A DNA stretch of 64,000 nucleotides from contig JAHIRF010000002.1 in NCBI GenBank assembly GCA_018818785.1, positions 135,874 through 199,873 of the forward strand, given 5' to 3'. This document shows positions 47,983 to 58,616 of the stretch, piece after piece; positions within the stretch are counted from its first letter, which is position 1, and each line of letters begins with the position of its first letter. Both the position numbers and the translations under genes were made by a program. Origin of the DNA: Thermoplasmatota archaeon. GTDB lineage: Archaea > Thermoplasmatota > Thermoplasmata > UBA10834. Under the pieces are notes generated by a model. It was not told the DNA's origin. It did no database searches and was given only the letters and a program-made list of their open reading frames with translations.

Positions 47983-48624
47983 TTGCGCATTCGTTGGCAT
48001 GGCCATGCGTGTTTTGAGGTCGGAGGGAGCGTCGATGTCGTCACGGACCCTCACGATGGTAAATCGATCGGCATACATGCACCTGACGCCAAGGCAGATC
48101 TAGTGTTGATATCTCACGGTCATTTCGACCACAACTGCCCTAAGGCCGTCGAGAAGGAAGATACAACGGTCATATCGGATCCGATCATGACCGTCGAGCA
48201 AGGGGTCAGAGTGGAAGGCATAGAAGCCGACCACGATGATGCTGGAGGGAAGAAGAGAGGAAAGGTGACCATCTTCAAGTTCGAGCTTGACGGCATGTCC
48301 TTCTGTCATTTGGGTGACCTCGGCCACGAACTCGACGATTCGACGGTTGAGCAGCTTGCACCGATCGATTTCCTGTTCGTCCCTGTCGGGGATGTGTTCA
48401 CGATAGGACCTGAATCCGCTGTGAGAACGATAAAGAAGCTCGGACCCAAAGTGGCAGTGCCCATGCATTACCGCACTTCGGGCCTTTCCCTATCAATCAA
48501 GCCTATACAGAATTTCCTCGACCTCTGCGACAAGGGACAAGTCGTCAGAGTCGGCAACGAAGTCGACTTCTCGTCGGAAGATCTACCAGAGGAAGGCACG
48601 GAGATCTGGCTGTTCTCGCTTTAG
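47983..48624 (+). CDS. Metallo-beta-lactamase-fold hydrolase
   Basis: WHGHACF, SHGHFDH, HLGDLG, PMHY. Confidence 0.9.
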   Translation: MRIRWHGHACFEVGGSVDVVTDPHDGKSIGIHAPDAKADLVLISHGHFDHNCPKAVEKEDTTVISDPIMTVEQGVRVEGIEADHDDAGGKKRGKVTIFKFELDGMSFCHLGDLGHELDDSTVEQLAPIDFLFVPVGDVFTIGPESAVRTIKKLGPKVAVPMHYRTSGLSLSIKPIQNFLDLCDKGQVVRVGNEVDFSSEDLPEEGTEIWLFSL

Positions 48625-48633
48625 CCAACCACA

Positions 48634-49317
48634 TCAGTATAGCCCTAGACCGTCCTCTAGTTTACCCAGCTCTATGGGGGTGCTCTTGCCACCGATGTAC
48701 GCACCCTTGCTGTTCGCAACGGCGCATGCACCGAGGTACGGCGTCCCGTAGTTCAATGTTGCAAGCGCGGCAGGCACTTTGAAGAACGCGGATATCTCCT
48801 TCAGCTCGTCCTGCGATGTCCGCGGGTGACATACGATGCCCTTTGATGTCACAATAGCTACTGAGCCCACAGTATCTATGCAAGCGATGGTCCTGCGCAG
48901 AACCTCAACTCCAAGGGTATCTTCTATGATCTTAACAGATGATCGGGACGCATTGAGATTTACAAACGCCCCATGATCGTTGGCCAATATGTTATTCCCG
49001 GCGGCGTTCAACTTCTCCTCCATTATGCCTACCCTGAGGTCCTTCGGCAATCTCTTCAATTCGGACTTATCGGCGAAGTTCGTCACGACTATCCCGTTGG
49101 AATTCATCGAAGCGAGCGAACCGATCAAGACGGAGCCAGCGAGATACGTGCACAGGACATCGACGCCTAGAGCCTCCTGCAAATCGTCCTTGACCCAGGG
49201 ATCGGTCGCCTCGGGCAATATCGCCAGTTTCTCACTGGCTGCGCAAAAGACACCCACATAGGGACTACCCATCATCATGCCGATCTTGAGCATCGATTCT
49301 ACTCCGAAAATCCTCAC
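48634..49317 (-). CDS. eif6: Translation initiation factor 6 (aIF6)
   Basis: PYVGVF, GNNILAND.GA, NYG..GA..ANSKG, TPIEL..LE. Confidence 0.93.
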   Translation of the reverse strand: MRIFGVESMLKIGMMMGSPYVGVFCAASEKLAILPEATDPWVKDDLQEALGVDVLCTYLAGSVLIGSLASMNSNGIVVTNFADKSELKRLPKDLRVGIMEEKLNAAGNNILANDHGAFVNLNASRSSVKIIEDTLGVEVLRRTIACIDTVGSVAIVTSKGIVCHPRTSQDELKEISAFFKVPAALATLNYGTPYLGACAVANSKGAYIGGKSTPIELGKLEDGLGLY

Positions 49318-49607
49318 TCATCAGGAAGGGACACTTCGATCAGACCATCCTCGAACCGGATAGCCTTTACGCGCACCTTGCTGGGAGGATTCTCAATACC
49401 CTTCGACCACAGAAACTCATTCAGACGGTAATCGATCCATACATCCTTCTTAGGGGCATCCGCCTCATCCGAGGGGGCCCTGTCGGCCAGATGTCGGAGG
49501 ACATATTCCTTGATCTCCTTGATAGCTCTGGGCGCGCGCTTCGTCTTTGGCACATTCCTCGTCATGGGTAACGGAATTGTGAAAACTCTCTCTACTTCTT
49601 CGACCAT
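49314..49607 (-). CDS. rpl31e: 50S ribosomal protein L31e
   Basis: ERVFTIPL, KRAPRAIK, LNEFLWSKGIENPP. Confidence 0.95.
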   Translation of the reverse strand: MVEEVERVFTIPLPMTRNVPKTKRAPRAIKEIKEYVLRHLADRAPSDEADAPKKDVWIDYRLNEFLWSKGIENPPSKVRVKAIRFEDGLIEVSLPDE

Positions 49608-49616
49608 GGTAAGCCC

Positions 49617-49772
49617 TCACACCTTCAACTTGGTCCTTCTCCAGTGCCTTCGCTTCGGATGCCTGAGGAAGGTTCTGTTCGTCCTCATCATGACCCAGGC
49701 AGGGACTCTCCTGTTACTCTTGATGGCCTTCATTAGCCTGAGTTTTCTAGCAGTCGGTTTGTGCTTGGACAT
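49617..49772 (-). CDS. rpl39e: 50S ribosomal protein L39e (51 aa, not in ORF track)
   Basis: [51 protein letters not shown]. Confidence 0.95.
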   Translation of the reverse strand: MSKHKPTARKLRLMKAIKSNRRVPAWVMMRTNRTFLRHPKRRHWRRTKLKV

Positions 49773-49776
49773 CGGG

Positions 49777-50118
49777 TCATCTCCTCTCAATCTTGATCTC
49801 TCTTTTCGTCGGCATGATCTTCCGCAGCAATTGCCTCAGGGTGTAATCGTCTATCTTCTGGTTCACCCGTCCCGATTGGACTAGCGTTATCAGCTGGTTC
49901 TCGACAGACTCGACCAGGTCGGGTCGGGTCATGCGCAAGTTGGCGAGCCTTTCTCTCGCCTCAGGGGTCAGTATCTGCCGCATGACCATGGCCTTCTGGG
50001 CGTCTACCTGCTTCGTCTGCTCATGCGCCATGGCCTCCTGCTGTGCTCTCAACTGGAGTTCCTGGATCTTGCGTTGCCTCAGAGCCGCTAGCTCATCTTC
50101 GTCTGGCATATCGCTCAC
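49777..50118 (-). CDS. PDCD5-like DNA-binding protein
   Basis: [20 protein letters not shown]. Confidence 0.92.
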   Translation of the reverse strand: MSDMPDEDELAALRQRKIQELQLRAQQEAMAHEQTKQVDAQKAMVMRQILTPEARERLANLRMTRPDLVESVENQLITLVQSGRVNQKIDDYTLRQLLRKIMPTKREIKIERR

Positions 50119-50574
50119 TTAAAGATATTTTGTGAGTTCGGGGTTCTTGGCCGCAAGTTCCTTCAGGACCACGGTGGACACGCTGTCCACTAGTTTCTGG
50201 CCCATGGGGGAGATCTTCCTGCCTCCGTCCCGCTCTTTCTGTATCAGTTGGCTTTTCTCTAGCAATTGAATCGTCGAACGTGCTATCGAGCGCGAGCCCC
50301 TGACCGCCTTGTCGGGTTTGGCGCCGCGGTCCGCGTAACCACCATAGCAGGCGGCGAGCCTCGTCGAACCCATCGGACCGTCGATGTATATCTTCCTGAG
50401 GACGGCAGCGGACCTGATATACCACCAGTCTTCCTGCACAGGACTCTTTTCCTTGTGTCGTCCGGTCTTGACATATGCAGCCCATTCTGGCGGTTTTATC
50501 GTCTCGATCTTCTTCAGCTCTTCCGCAAGCCTTGGAATGAGCTTGTCTGCGGGCACATCAAACGCCGTAGCCAT
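50119..50574 (-). CDS. rps19e: 30S ribosomal protein S19e
   Basis: PEWAAYVKTG.HKE..DWWYIRSAAVLRKIY. Confidence 0.96.
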   Translation of the reverse strand: MATAFDVPADKLIPRLAEELKKIETIKPPEWAAYVKTGRHKEKSPVQEDWWYIRSAAVLRKIYIDGPMGSTRLAACYGGYADRGAKPDKAVRGSRSIARSTIQLLEKSQLIQKERDGGRKISPMGQKLVDSVSTVVLKELAAKNPELTKYL

Positions 50575-50754
50575 TGGATTACCTCAAACGAGTGTGACTT
50601 ACATACTGAAAGCATGTGCCACATGGGTGGCAAAACGCGGATAAGTTGGTGCTCATATTTAAATGCTTGTTGCCTATCGATATCGCCAGCATATGGACCG
50701 TATCTCTTTGGTAGCATATACACGACCAGGGGAAAAGGCTTTTGAGAGAAGTCG

Positions 50755-51318
50755 ATGCTTGTGGCAGCCGTGAGAACTGTAATCGGCATCACGGGAGCAT
50801 CGGGAACGACCTACGGCATAAGGCTTCTGAAAGCGCTCCCCGGCCATAAGACCGTCATCTTGTCCGAGGACGGGATGCATGTGGCCAGGATCGAGATGAA
50901 CCTCGATAGGATGGACATAGAAGCTCTGGCAGATTGCCATAATGACAACTCAGATCTGGCAGCTCCAGTTGCATCGGGATCGAGCAGATTCGATAATGTC
51001 ATCATAGCCCCTTGCAGCGTATCAACCATGTCTAAGATCGCCTGCGGGATATCGGACACGTTGATAACGAGAGTGGCATCGATCGCATTGAAGGAGAGGC
51101 GGAAGCTCGTCCTGCTCGTGCGCGAAACCCCTCTGTCGACGATACATCTGGAGAATATGCATAGGCTCTCAGCAGCCGGTGCCGTCATCATGCCCGCAAG
51201 TCCAGCGTTCTATCCGAACCCAGATACGGTCGATGACATGGTCGACTTCCTCGTCGGGAGAATCCTCGACGTACTCGACATAGAGAACTCATTATACAAG
51301 CGCTGGGAAGGAGAGTAG
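50755..51318 (+). CDS. ubiX: Flavin prenyltransferase UbiX
   Basis: GITGASG, ASGS, APCS, KERRKLVLLVRETP, PAFY. Confidence 0.93.
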   Translation: MLVAAVRTVIGITGASGTTYGIRLLKALPGHKTVILSEDGMHVARIEMNLDRMDIEALADCHNDNSDLAAPVASGSSRFDNVIIAPCSVSTMSKIACGISDTLITRVASIALKERRKLVLLVRETPLSTIHLENMHRLSAAGAVIMPASPAFYPNPDTVDDMVDFLVGRILDVLDIENSLYKRWEGE

Positions 51319-51323
51319 GTCCG

Positions 51324-53171
51324 TCACAGGTAATCGTGTACCTCGTCGAACTCGTCGCTGATGATCTTGTACTCATCCTCGGGAATGCGTTCCTTGTTCA
51401 CTGGGACGATGACCGATGCGCCGTGAATCGCGGATAGGTCGTTCACCCGCTTCACGAATGCCAGCGCCGCTTCGAACCCGTTTTCAGATAGTATGACCTC
51501 AAGGCCCTCTATCAGCAGTCCTGAGCGCTTCGTCGTCATCAGGAAAGTGGAGACGGTCTCCATCGCGTCCCCGTCCAGGTCGTGGATGTTCACGCTGTCT
51601 ATGTCGGTGGTGCTGTCGCACATGCATTTCACGTCGAAATCATCGCCGAGGTCGTGTTGCTCGCGCACCTTACCTGGGAATTCGTTCGTCATGATGAGCG
51701 CGGGTCGTCCAGAAAGTCCCATGGCGCGTATCATGCTGTATCCTCTTCGTGAATCGATGTCCACGATGATGTAGCTTCTACCGCCCTTCACCTCCTCCTG
51801 GAATGCACCACATCTAGTGCACTGAAGAGTATAGGGGTCTTCTTCGCCGGTTGACAGGAAGGTCTCATCACATGCCTTGCACTGGATCGACCGCGTGTGC
51901 TCTGGGAACAACACCTCGCCGCATTGCGGGCACGCCTGCGCCTTCTCCGCACAATCCATGTGCATCTGATGTCCGCAGATGCATTCGTAGAGTTCCTTCT
52001 CCGCATCAATCGGACGCATGCACATCTGACATCTCAGCATGTGGGAATCGTCATCCTGCTTCACGACCGCCTGCTTCACGGGGATGACGAGATCATCCGG
52101 TATCTCTAACGTCGCACGGTCATAGAGCGTCTTGGAGAACACGTAGCTTGCGAAGATGAACCCGGGCACCAGGAAATACATGTAGGAACCGTAAATCATC
52201 GTGCCCCTGCTGGCGAATGAGAACATGAATGGGAGCACATAGAACAGGGAAAGGATTCCGACCAGCGCCCATGTGAACCATCTCACAATCGGGAGCTGCT
52301 TGGCTGAACCTCTGAAACGCTTCGGATGCTGCATCAGATACTTGCTGAACCTCTTCGCCGATATCCTCAATATCAGTATGCATCCGAACAGGAGCACTAT
52401 GAAGGATATCTGGCTGTTCTCATAGATGCTGAAAGGCTCATAGGTCATGGTCTCTTGGACGGCCGACTCGCCCGGAAGAACCTCGCCCTCAAAGGTATAC
52501 CAGATGATCGTACCGATGGGGGTCCTTAGCTCGCTGATCTTTCCTGCAACCAGATCAGGGGATGTGAAGCTGCTCATGCCGAACATCATCACCCGGTCCT
52601 TCACTATCAATGTGCCATCGAATGTGAAGCCGGTGACAGTGTTGAGTGCACCAGCGAAGGTCTCCAACGGAACCTCCGATGGCCTCATGAGCTTCGTGAC
52701 GCTCTCGCCTATGCAATTGAACCTTATGCTGATGGACATCACATCGGTAGAGGAATATCTCGTGTCGACTATGCCCGATGTGGCATGTCTTAATTCGTAA
52801 TCGGTCATGTTCTCGAAGTCGGTGGGACTATTGATCGTCATGCCCCAATGCTGCCTGCCGGCCAGGGCATCCGTGAACGCGACAAGAAACGCTCTGGCCT
52901 CGGACACTTCGAGATACTGGTTATCGTTCGTGTCGAAATTTGTATAATATCCCCTGCTTTCGAATATGGATTGACGCAATTCGATGGCAGGGACGCCTTC
53001 GAATGTCAGCTGCACCTTGCCATCGCCTTCCATCGTGTCCAGGACGGTGAACGACATCTTCGATTCGATAATCATCACGTTCCCATCGTGGGCGGATGTT
53101 CCCATGGGAACTGAGACGATGAGTGCCATGCACAAGAAGAGGACCAACATTGCTGTCCTGAAACGCATCAT
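51324..53171 (-). CDS. Membrane protein: extracellular domain, 3 TM, zinc ribbons, C-terminal DUF835-like domain
   Basis: Signal-like N-terminus; CQMC..CICG..C..CPQC..CKAC..CTRC; LLIEGLEVILSENGF. Confidence 0.75.
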   Translation of the reverse strand: MMRFRTAMLVLFLCMALIVSVPMGTSAHDGNVMIIESKMSFTVLDTMEGDGKVQLTFEGVPAIELRQSIFESRGYYTNFDTNDNQYLEVSEARAFLVAFTDALAGRQHWGMTINSPTDFENMTDYELRHATSGIVDTRYSSTDVMSISIRFNCIGESVTKLMRPSEVPLETFAGALNTVTGFTFDGTLIVKDRVMMFGMSSFTSPDLVAGKISELRTPIGTIIWYTFEGEVLPGESAVQETMTYEPFSIYENSQISFIVLLFGCILILRISAKRFSKYLMQHPKRFRGSAKQLPIVRWFTWALVGILSLFYVLPFMFSFASRGTMIYGSYMYFLVPGFIFASYVFSKTLYDRATLEIPDDLVIPVKQAVVKQDDDSHMLRCQMCMRPIDAEKELYECICGHQMHMDCAEKAQACPQCGEVLFPEHTRSIQCKACDETFLSTGEEDPYTLQCTRCGAFQEEVKGGRSYIIVDIDSRRGYSMIRAMGLSGRPALIMTNEFPGKVREQHDLGDDFDVKCMCDSTTDIDSVNIHDLDGDAMETVSTFLMTTKRSGLLIEGLEVILSENGFEAALAFVKRVNDLSAIHGASVIVPVNKERIPEDEYKIISDEFDEVHDYL

Positions 53172-53330
53172 GAGGACCAGTATGGCAGTATCTGGTCAGA
53201 TTGCTCTTAATGCTTTCGCATCTCATTATCACGCATCACAAGCAGAAGCCCTTGTACGGTAGACCTTCGGAATCGACATGGATTCCCTGGATCTGCGGCA
53301 ATAACGGAACCGGGACGATGCATCATGCAG

Positions 53331-56213
53331 CTATTCGGCATATACTGCGGGCCGACCAGGCTTCGCAAACCTGCTACGTCCTTTCGGGTCAACCAACTCG
53401 GGGTCGTCGACCGAACGAACTTCGACCGCACATCCGAACTGCTCGCCCAGGAAACCGCTGGCGGCTTTGAGTACCTCGAGCTCGTCGAATTTTGCAGACA
53501 GCATGACTCGGTCATGTTCGGCAGCCCTCGAAACCTCCTGTGCGACATCCTTTGCGAAAGCAGGTATTGCCTTCTTCATCTCAGGAGTCTTCGCATCGGG
53601 CATGGCAGCCTTTATCAATGCGGACACATCCACCTTTCCTTTCGGTTGACCGAGTGCAGCTGATAGCATCTCGATCTTCCACGATGGAGCCACCATGATG
53701 GAGATCTTCGTAGGGCTCATGCTCGTGACCTTCAGGATCTCAGATACATCCTGCATGAGATTCTGGATGAGCTTCTCCTTGGCCTCCTCCGATATCACTT
53801 CATCGTTCCTGCTTCCATCGGAGAGTCGGTGCAGAGATACGAACGGCTTCTGGCCTATGTGTTCCCATAGTTCCTCGGACAGATGAGGTGTGATCGGAGC
53901 CATGAGCGGTATCCAGGTTCTCAGCGCATCCATCAGGACGCTCCTGCTCTTTCCGCCTCGTCTGAGGTACCATTTGATATCCTGAGATATCTCGAAATAC
54001 ACTTCGTTGGAGTACGAGCGGATATCGTAGTCTGCCATATGCTCGTGGAGCTTGGCCAGGCGCATGTTCAACCTCGCCAAGAGCCACGCGTCCATTCCGG
54101 TGCTCTCCTCGGTCCCTATCCTCAGCAGATCATCCACAAGGATCCAGGTCTTCTCCAACCGGTCGCTGTAGCTCTCGACCTTCTCGTCATCCCAAGCAAC
54201 ATCGACGAAGAGAGAGGATATGTGCGCATAGAAGAGCCGCATCGCATCGACCCCGAACTTCTCTGCAGCATCGGGGATCGGCTGCGCGCCACCTTTCGAT
54301 TTGGATATCTTGCTACCTGTAGATGTGATGTACCAGTTGACCATGATCCCGTTCGGGCGGTGCTCCGGCCTCAAGATCGCCACATGGTTCATCAGGAAGA
54401 CCGGGAAGTGAACGGTCATGTGCTCCTTGCCCCCGAGGTTGATGTCGAGAGGATACCAGTACTCGAACTCGGCCCTCATCATGCCGAGGGTCTCCACGGA
54501 TACGCCCGATTCTGCCTCGACGACCGTCACATCCCCTTCACCAAGGATCACATAATCGAAGAACTTCTCAGTCATGCCATCGGGTTTTATGATGCCTTCG
54601 TTGGCGTATCTGGACAGGACATAATAGACAGGATACAACGTGCTATCGGCGATCGCCTCGATTATCCATCTCTGGTCGAACGGGAATCTCGTACCGAGCC
54701 AATTGCCAAGGCGGACACATGCTCTCTCCCTGTACCATTCTATGACGTTCTGTATGTTGTCGAAGTACTCCTTGGGCAGGATCTTCATCGTCCTTGCGTG
54801 CTCTTTCGACCGCTCCTTCAGGCCAGGGTTTGCATAATCGATGAACCATTGGTCGGGTATCTTCCGTACGAGGACCTTCTCACCGCATCGGCAGATGACC
54901 TCCTCAGACAGGTCGCGCATGATCGCCGCTTGGCTGCCAGAGAGCATCTGCGCCCTTATCGCATCCTTAGCGGCCTCGACAGGCTTTCCTGAGAACTCTC
55001 CACATGAAGAGTTCATGACACCCCTGTGGAAGCCGGCCTTGTAGACCTCCTTGGTCGCCTCATCCAATTTGGGATCGGCCATAGTCGAAATGCCCATCCT
55101 CTCGCATATCTCGACCGCGGGCATCGGCCCCCAGCCTGGTGTGTCTATGATCGCGATCGGCTTCGCACCCTCTATCATCTCATCCGTCAGATTGTACCGG
55201 GCCCTCATATCGGAGTTGCGCTTGAGCTCGACCAGACCGATCCAATCGACCGGTGCATCCGATGGGACACTCATGACGAGCCCGGTGCCAATGTTCGGAT
55301 CGCACAGATTCGACGGGAACACAGGGATCATCTTGCCCGTGAATGGCGCCTTGCACCTCTTCCCCATCAACGCGCTGCCGTCCGTCGAACCCAGCACCTT
55401 GACCGAATCCATCTGCAGCGCGAGCTTCTCGGCGGCGGGTCTGCTGACCACCCATGTCTCGCCATCAACCTCTGCATCGACGTATTCCACATCAGGGTTC
55501 ACCCAGAAGTTCGTGAGGCCGAACACGGTCTCAGGCCTCAGGGTCGCTGCAACCAGATTCCTGCCGTCATCGAGATCGAACTTCAGCAAGGTGTATTCCA
55601 GCACCTCGGCGGTCCCGCCCTTCTGAATGTCGGTCTCGGAGGCATCGATCGCAACCGGCCCATGCTCAAGACAGGCCGGTGCGAAATATGGTTTCTGAAT
55701 GAGCAGTCCATGTGCCTTCAGCTTGCGCATCTGCCATTCTATGAACCTGGAATAATCCGGATATGTCGTGCATGTGAACCTGCGCCAATCAGACATGAAG
55801 CCGAACCGCTTCCAATAATCATTCACATAGACCTCGTTGAAGAACCTGACGACACCATCTGCGTTCGCCAGAGATTCGATCGTCTCGGATGTGCACCCAT
55901 TGGCTTCCAGTATTCCGATAGTTGCTGGATCCCCTCGCTCCACCTTACGAGCGAAACTGATAGCGCCGTTGCCAGTAGAATGCGTCCCCACAGGGAACAG
56001 GACATTGTGTCCAGTCATCATCTTGTACCTGACGATCGCGTCGGTGATGGTGTATCCCCTCATATGCCCGACATGGAGATACCCTGTGACACCAGGGTAT
56101 GCGAATATCATGAAGAATTTCTTCTTTCCAGGCACGGGATTCGATTCGTTTATCCTGGCCTTGTACCAGGCGGTCCTCCATTTGGCTTCCATCGCCGAGA
56201 AATCCAGTGTCAT
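53331..56213 (-). CDS. leuS: Leucyl-tRNA synthetase (archaeal type)
   Basis: FAYPGVTGYLHVGH, DWRRFT, ATLRPET, KISKS; start at MTLDFS. Confidence 0.95.
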   Translation of the reverse strand: MTLDFSAMEAKWRTAWYKARINESNPVPGKKKFFMIFAYPGVTGYLHVGHMRGYTITDAIVRYKMMTGHNVLFPVGTHSTGNGAISFARKVERGDPATIGILEANGCTSETIESLANADGVVRFFNEVYVNDYWKRFGFMSDWRRFTCTTYPDYSRFIEWQMRKLKAHGLLIQKPYFAPACLEHGPVAIDASETDIQKGGTAEVLEYTLLKFDLDDGRNLVAATLRPETVFGLTNFWVNPDVEYVDAEVDGETWVVSRPAAEKLALQMDSVKVLGSTDGSALMGKRCKAPFTGKMIPVFPSNLCDPNIGTGLVMSVPSDAPVDWIGLVELKRNSDMRARYNLTDEMIEGAKPIAIIDTPGWGPMPAVEICERMGISTMADPKLDEATKEVYKAGFHRGVMNSSCGEFSGKPVEAAKDAIRAQMLSGSQAAIMRDLSEEVICRCGEKVLVRKIPDQWFIDYANPGLKERSKEHARTMKILPKEYFDNIQNVIEWYRERACVRLGNWLGTRFPFDQRWIIEAIADSTLYPVYYVLSRYANEGIIKPDGMTEKFFDYVILGEGDVTVVEAESGVSVETLGMMRAEFEYWYPLDINLGGKEHMTVHFPVFLMNHVAILRPEHRPNGIMVNWYITSTGSKISKSKGGAQPIPDAAEKFGVDAMRLFYAHISSLFVDVAWDDEKVESYSDRLEKTWILVDDLLRIGTEESTGMDAWLLARLNMRLAKLHEHMADYDIRSYSNEVYFEISQDIKWYLRRGGKSRSVLMDALRTWIPLMAPITPHLSEELWEHIGQKPFVSLHRLSDGSRNDEVISEEAKEKLIQNLMQDVSEILKVTSMSPTKISIMVAPSWKIEMLSAALGQPKGKVDVSALIKAAMPDAKTPEMKKAIPAFAKDVAQEVSRAAEHDRVMLSAKFDELEVLKAASGFLGEQFGCAVEVRSVDDPELVDPKGRSRFAKPGRPAVYAE

Positions 56214-56280
56214 CTTGGTCAGCCAGCAATATGACGGAAGGGTTGATACCAATAAAAGGTTTCTTGAGAAGCCGATATCC

Positions 56281-56577
56281 TCAGGCTCCGCGCCTCTTGC
56301 TGTGCAAGAAGAACGCAGCTGGACCCGCAGTCGCCGACACCACTCCCACGAGGCTGAGCACAAGCCCGATGAACAATGGCAGGGAGGATGAGCTGAAGAC
56401 CTCATGGGATTCGGATGTCGATCCATCGCTACCCGCACTGACCGTTTCGAGTGAGGATAGAGAGTATACTGTTATGACGAAACCCATGACGAACAATGCT
56501 ATGCCGACCCCCACAACGATAGGTGTTCCCTTCAGCTTGAAGGGGCGCTTGCGGTCGCTATCATCATTTGATGCCAT
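56281..56577 (-). CDS. Small 2-TM membrane protein
   Basis: Two hydrophobic helices. Confidence 0.6.
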   Translation of the reverse strand: MASNDDSDRKRPFKLKGTPIVVGVGIALFVMGFVITVYSLSSLETVSAGSDGSTSESHEVFSSSSLPLFIGLVLSLVGVVSATAGPAAFFLHSKRRGA

Positions 56578-56825
56578 CTAGTAGATTCCCCTCTAGTCTA
56601 AAAGATGCATACAAGATGCTGTTGATAAAACTTGCCGGTGTCCATGGACATATTGGTGCAATCATGGACCCGTATGACTGGCAGACCAATTTGAGGGCCA
56701 CGTTTCGACCGGCCAGGTGATTGGGTATGACATTATCAGACGAAATGTGACATTTTGGATACCTATATATATGATTGTATGACATATGTTCCTTCTGCGT
56801 CAGCAAATTGGGATGGGATGCACAC

Positions 56826-57206
56826 ATGAACGACCCGTTGGAAAATGAACGAATAACTCTTCGCCTTGATTCGGAGGATCTCCGGCTCATCGACGAGTTC
56901 ATAACGAACAGCAACGAGTTCTCCAACAGGTCGCAACTAGCACGCGCGGCAATACGCGCATACGTGGATGCAAAGCTAGGGTGTGCAGAGGGAGCGAGCA
57001 ACAAACCGAACGAGGTGGTCGTGGAGCTACCACCTCTAGTGATGGATACCGTAACACACCTCGTGACTGAGGGCGTCTACAATTCGGTGTCCGAGGCGCT
57101 AAGCGACTGCGCCCGACACCACTTCCTCCACGCGGAGCACGTGGAGACCATAAAGAAGGACGTTACGCAGCTGAGGAGCACGGTTAAGGTCGTTCCCCGA
57201 GCTTAG
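56826..57206 (+). CDS. Double ribbon-helix-helix (CopG/CdrS-like) regulator
   Basis: ERITLRL..IDEF..FSNRSQLARAAIR and a second RHH-like unit; upstream of ftsZ-like gene. Confidence 0.8.
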   Translation: MNDPLENERITLRLDSEDLRLIDEFITNSNEFSNRSQLARAAIRAYVDAKLGCAEGASNKPNEVVVELPPLVMDTVTHLVTEGVYNSVSEALSDCARHHFLHAEHVETIKKDVTQLRSTVKVVPRA

Positions 57207-57298
57207 GCACTGTTTGTGGGCGCCTTGGCATGGTTGGGGGATTCTCTCAGTTGAGAGGACCCTCTCTCGAATGTCAACGGTGAACGGAGGCCAGAAGG

Positions 57299-58087
57299 AT
57301 GACGGCGGAAGAAGGGAACAGCACGGAAGAGATAATCAATTCATTGGGAGCGAGTCTGGGCGAACCGACGATAGCAGTTGTTGGCTGTGGAGGAGCGGGC
57401 TCGAACATCGTACATCGCATGTACTGGAAGCACAACAGGGTCGAGACCGTTGCCATCAACACGGATGAGGAGCACTTGAGAAAGACGGATGCCCACAGGA
57501 AAGTGTTGATAGGCAAGAACGTGTCCTTCGGCAAGGACGCCGGCGGTTACCCCGAGATCGGTGAGCACTGCGCAGAGAAGGCTCGCGAGGTCATACGAGA
57601 GGCGATAAAGGGCTACGACATCGTGTTCGTCGTCGCAGGAATGGGAGGCGGCACCGGTACGGGCGTAGCACCCATAGTGGCCAATGTCGCCAAGGAGATG
57701 AACGCGATCTCATTCGCTGTGCCGATACTTCCATTCGAGGTCGAGGGCGCCAATCGCATGAAGACTGCGGTGGATGGGCTCGCCAAGCTCAAGGATAATG
57801 CGAGCTTCACAATCGTGCTCGACAACAATAAGTTGATCGGCCTGGGAGACTCTCTGTCAGTCTCAGACGCTATGGGAGTCATCGACCGGAGCGTCATGAA
57901 GATCGTGGATTCCGTTTCGCAGCAGACCAGCTCGTATGTGAGCTCGCTCATGGAAGAGATATCAGGATTCACGGATACGGATGCATCGGAAGAAATGCCG
58001 CAGACCATGCCTTCAACGATGGAAGGACCGATGATACATGCGGATCTGAACCCGATGCTCAACAATTTCGGGCCTGGCTTCTTCTGA
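57299..58087 (+). CDS. FtsZ-like protein, N-terminal GTP-binding domain only
   Basis: GCGGAGSN, AINTD, GMGGGTGTG, LPFEVEG, LDNNKL; ends at 262 aa. Confidence 0.88.
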   Translation: MTAEEGNSTEEIINSLGASLGEPTIAVVGCGGAGSNIVHRMYWKHNRVETVAINTDEEHLRKTDAHRKVLIGKNVSFGKDAGGYPEIGEHCAEKAREVIREAIKGYDIVFVVAGMGGGTGTGVAPIVANVAKEMNAISFAVPILPFEVEGANRMKTAVDGLAKLKDNASFTIVLDNNKLIGLGDSLSVSDAMGVIDRSVMKIVDSVSQQTSSYVSSLMEEISGFTDTDASEEMPQTMPSTMEGPMIHADLNPMLNNFGPGFF

Positions 58088-58121
58088 GAAGCCCATGGAC
58101 GAACGATCGGAGGGATAGCCC

Positions 58122-58529
58122 ATGAGACGCATCCTCAATGATTCCGGAAATTGGCTTAAGACGATTGACGAGTCAGAATGGAACGAAATCAGGAAGGACT
58201 ATCTCGAAGATGAGATCAGAAGCATATGTGAGCCTTTCGTCTTCGACCCGGATTCCGTCCCGGAGAATGAGGAGAAGTCGATCGGTTCGGTGTTCGTGCC
58301 TGCACGGTGTGGCACCGGAAAGCGTCTGAATGGAACCATCGGCAACGTGATGATGAAGAGGGTGTCTCATGATGATACGCACAGCTTTGAGGTTCACGTG
58401 AAGGTCTGGACCGCGTCCGGTCGCGAACCTCCGAGATTGGCAGATGTGCACGCGTGGAGATTCGATTCCGTACACGAAGCGGAGCGATTCATCTCGCCGC
58501 CGTCGAAGAATAACTTCGCTTGGGTATGA
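58122..58529 (+). CDS. Hypothetical protein
   Basis: SD GGAGG + ATG, 135 aa ORF, co-oriented. Confidence 0.6.
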   Translation: MRRILNDSGNWLKTIDESEWNEIRKDYLEDEIRSICEPFVFDPDSVPENEEKSIGSVFVPARCGTGKRLNGTIGNVMMKRVSHDDTHSFEVHVKVWTASGREPPRLADVHAWRFDSVHEAERFISPPSKNNFAWV

Positions 58530-58616
58530 TGATCGAACGAGAAACCCCTTCCGCGGGTGTTTTCAGATAGATTAAGACGACAAATGGTTTCTAGTCGCAA
58601 AGCGCTAACCATCTCG

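Noticed and set aside
53883-56234. Long plus-strand ORFs (369 and 402 aa) opposite leuS, and similar shadows opposite 43158-44765 and 58617-59717
   Set aside because: Antisense shadows of well-supported genes, with no recognisable motifs.
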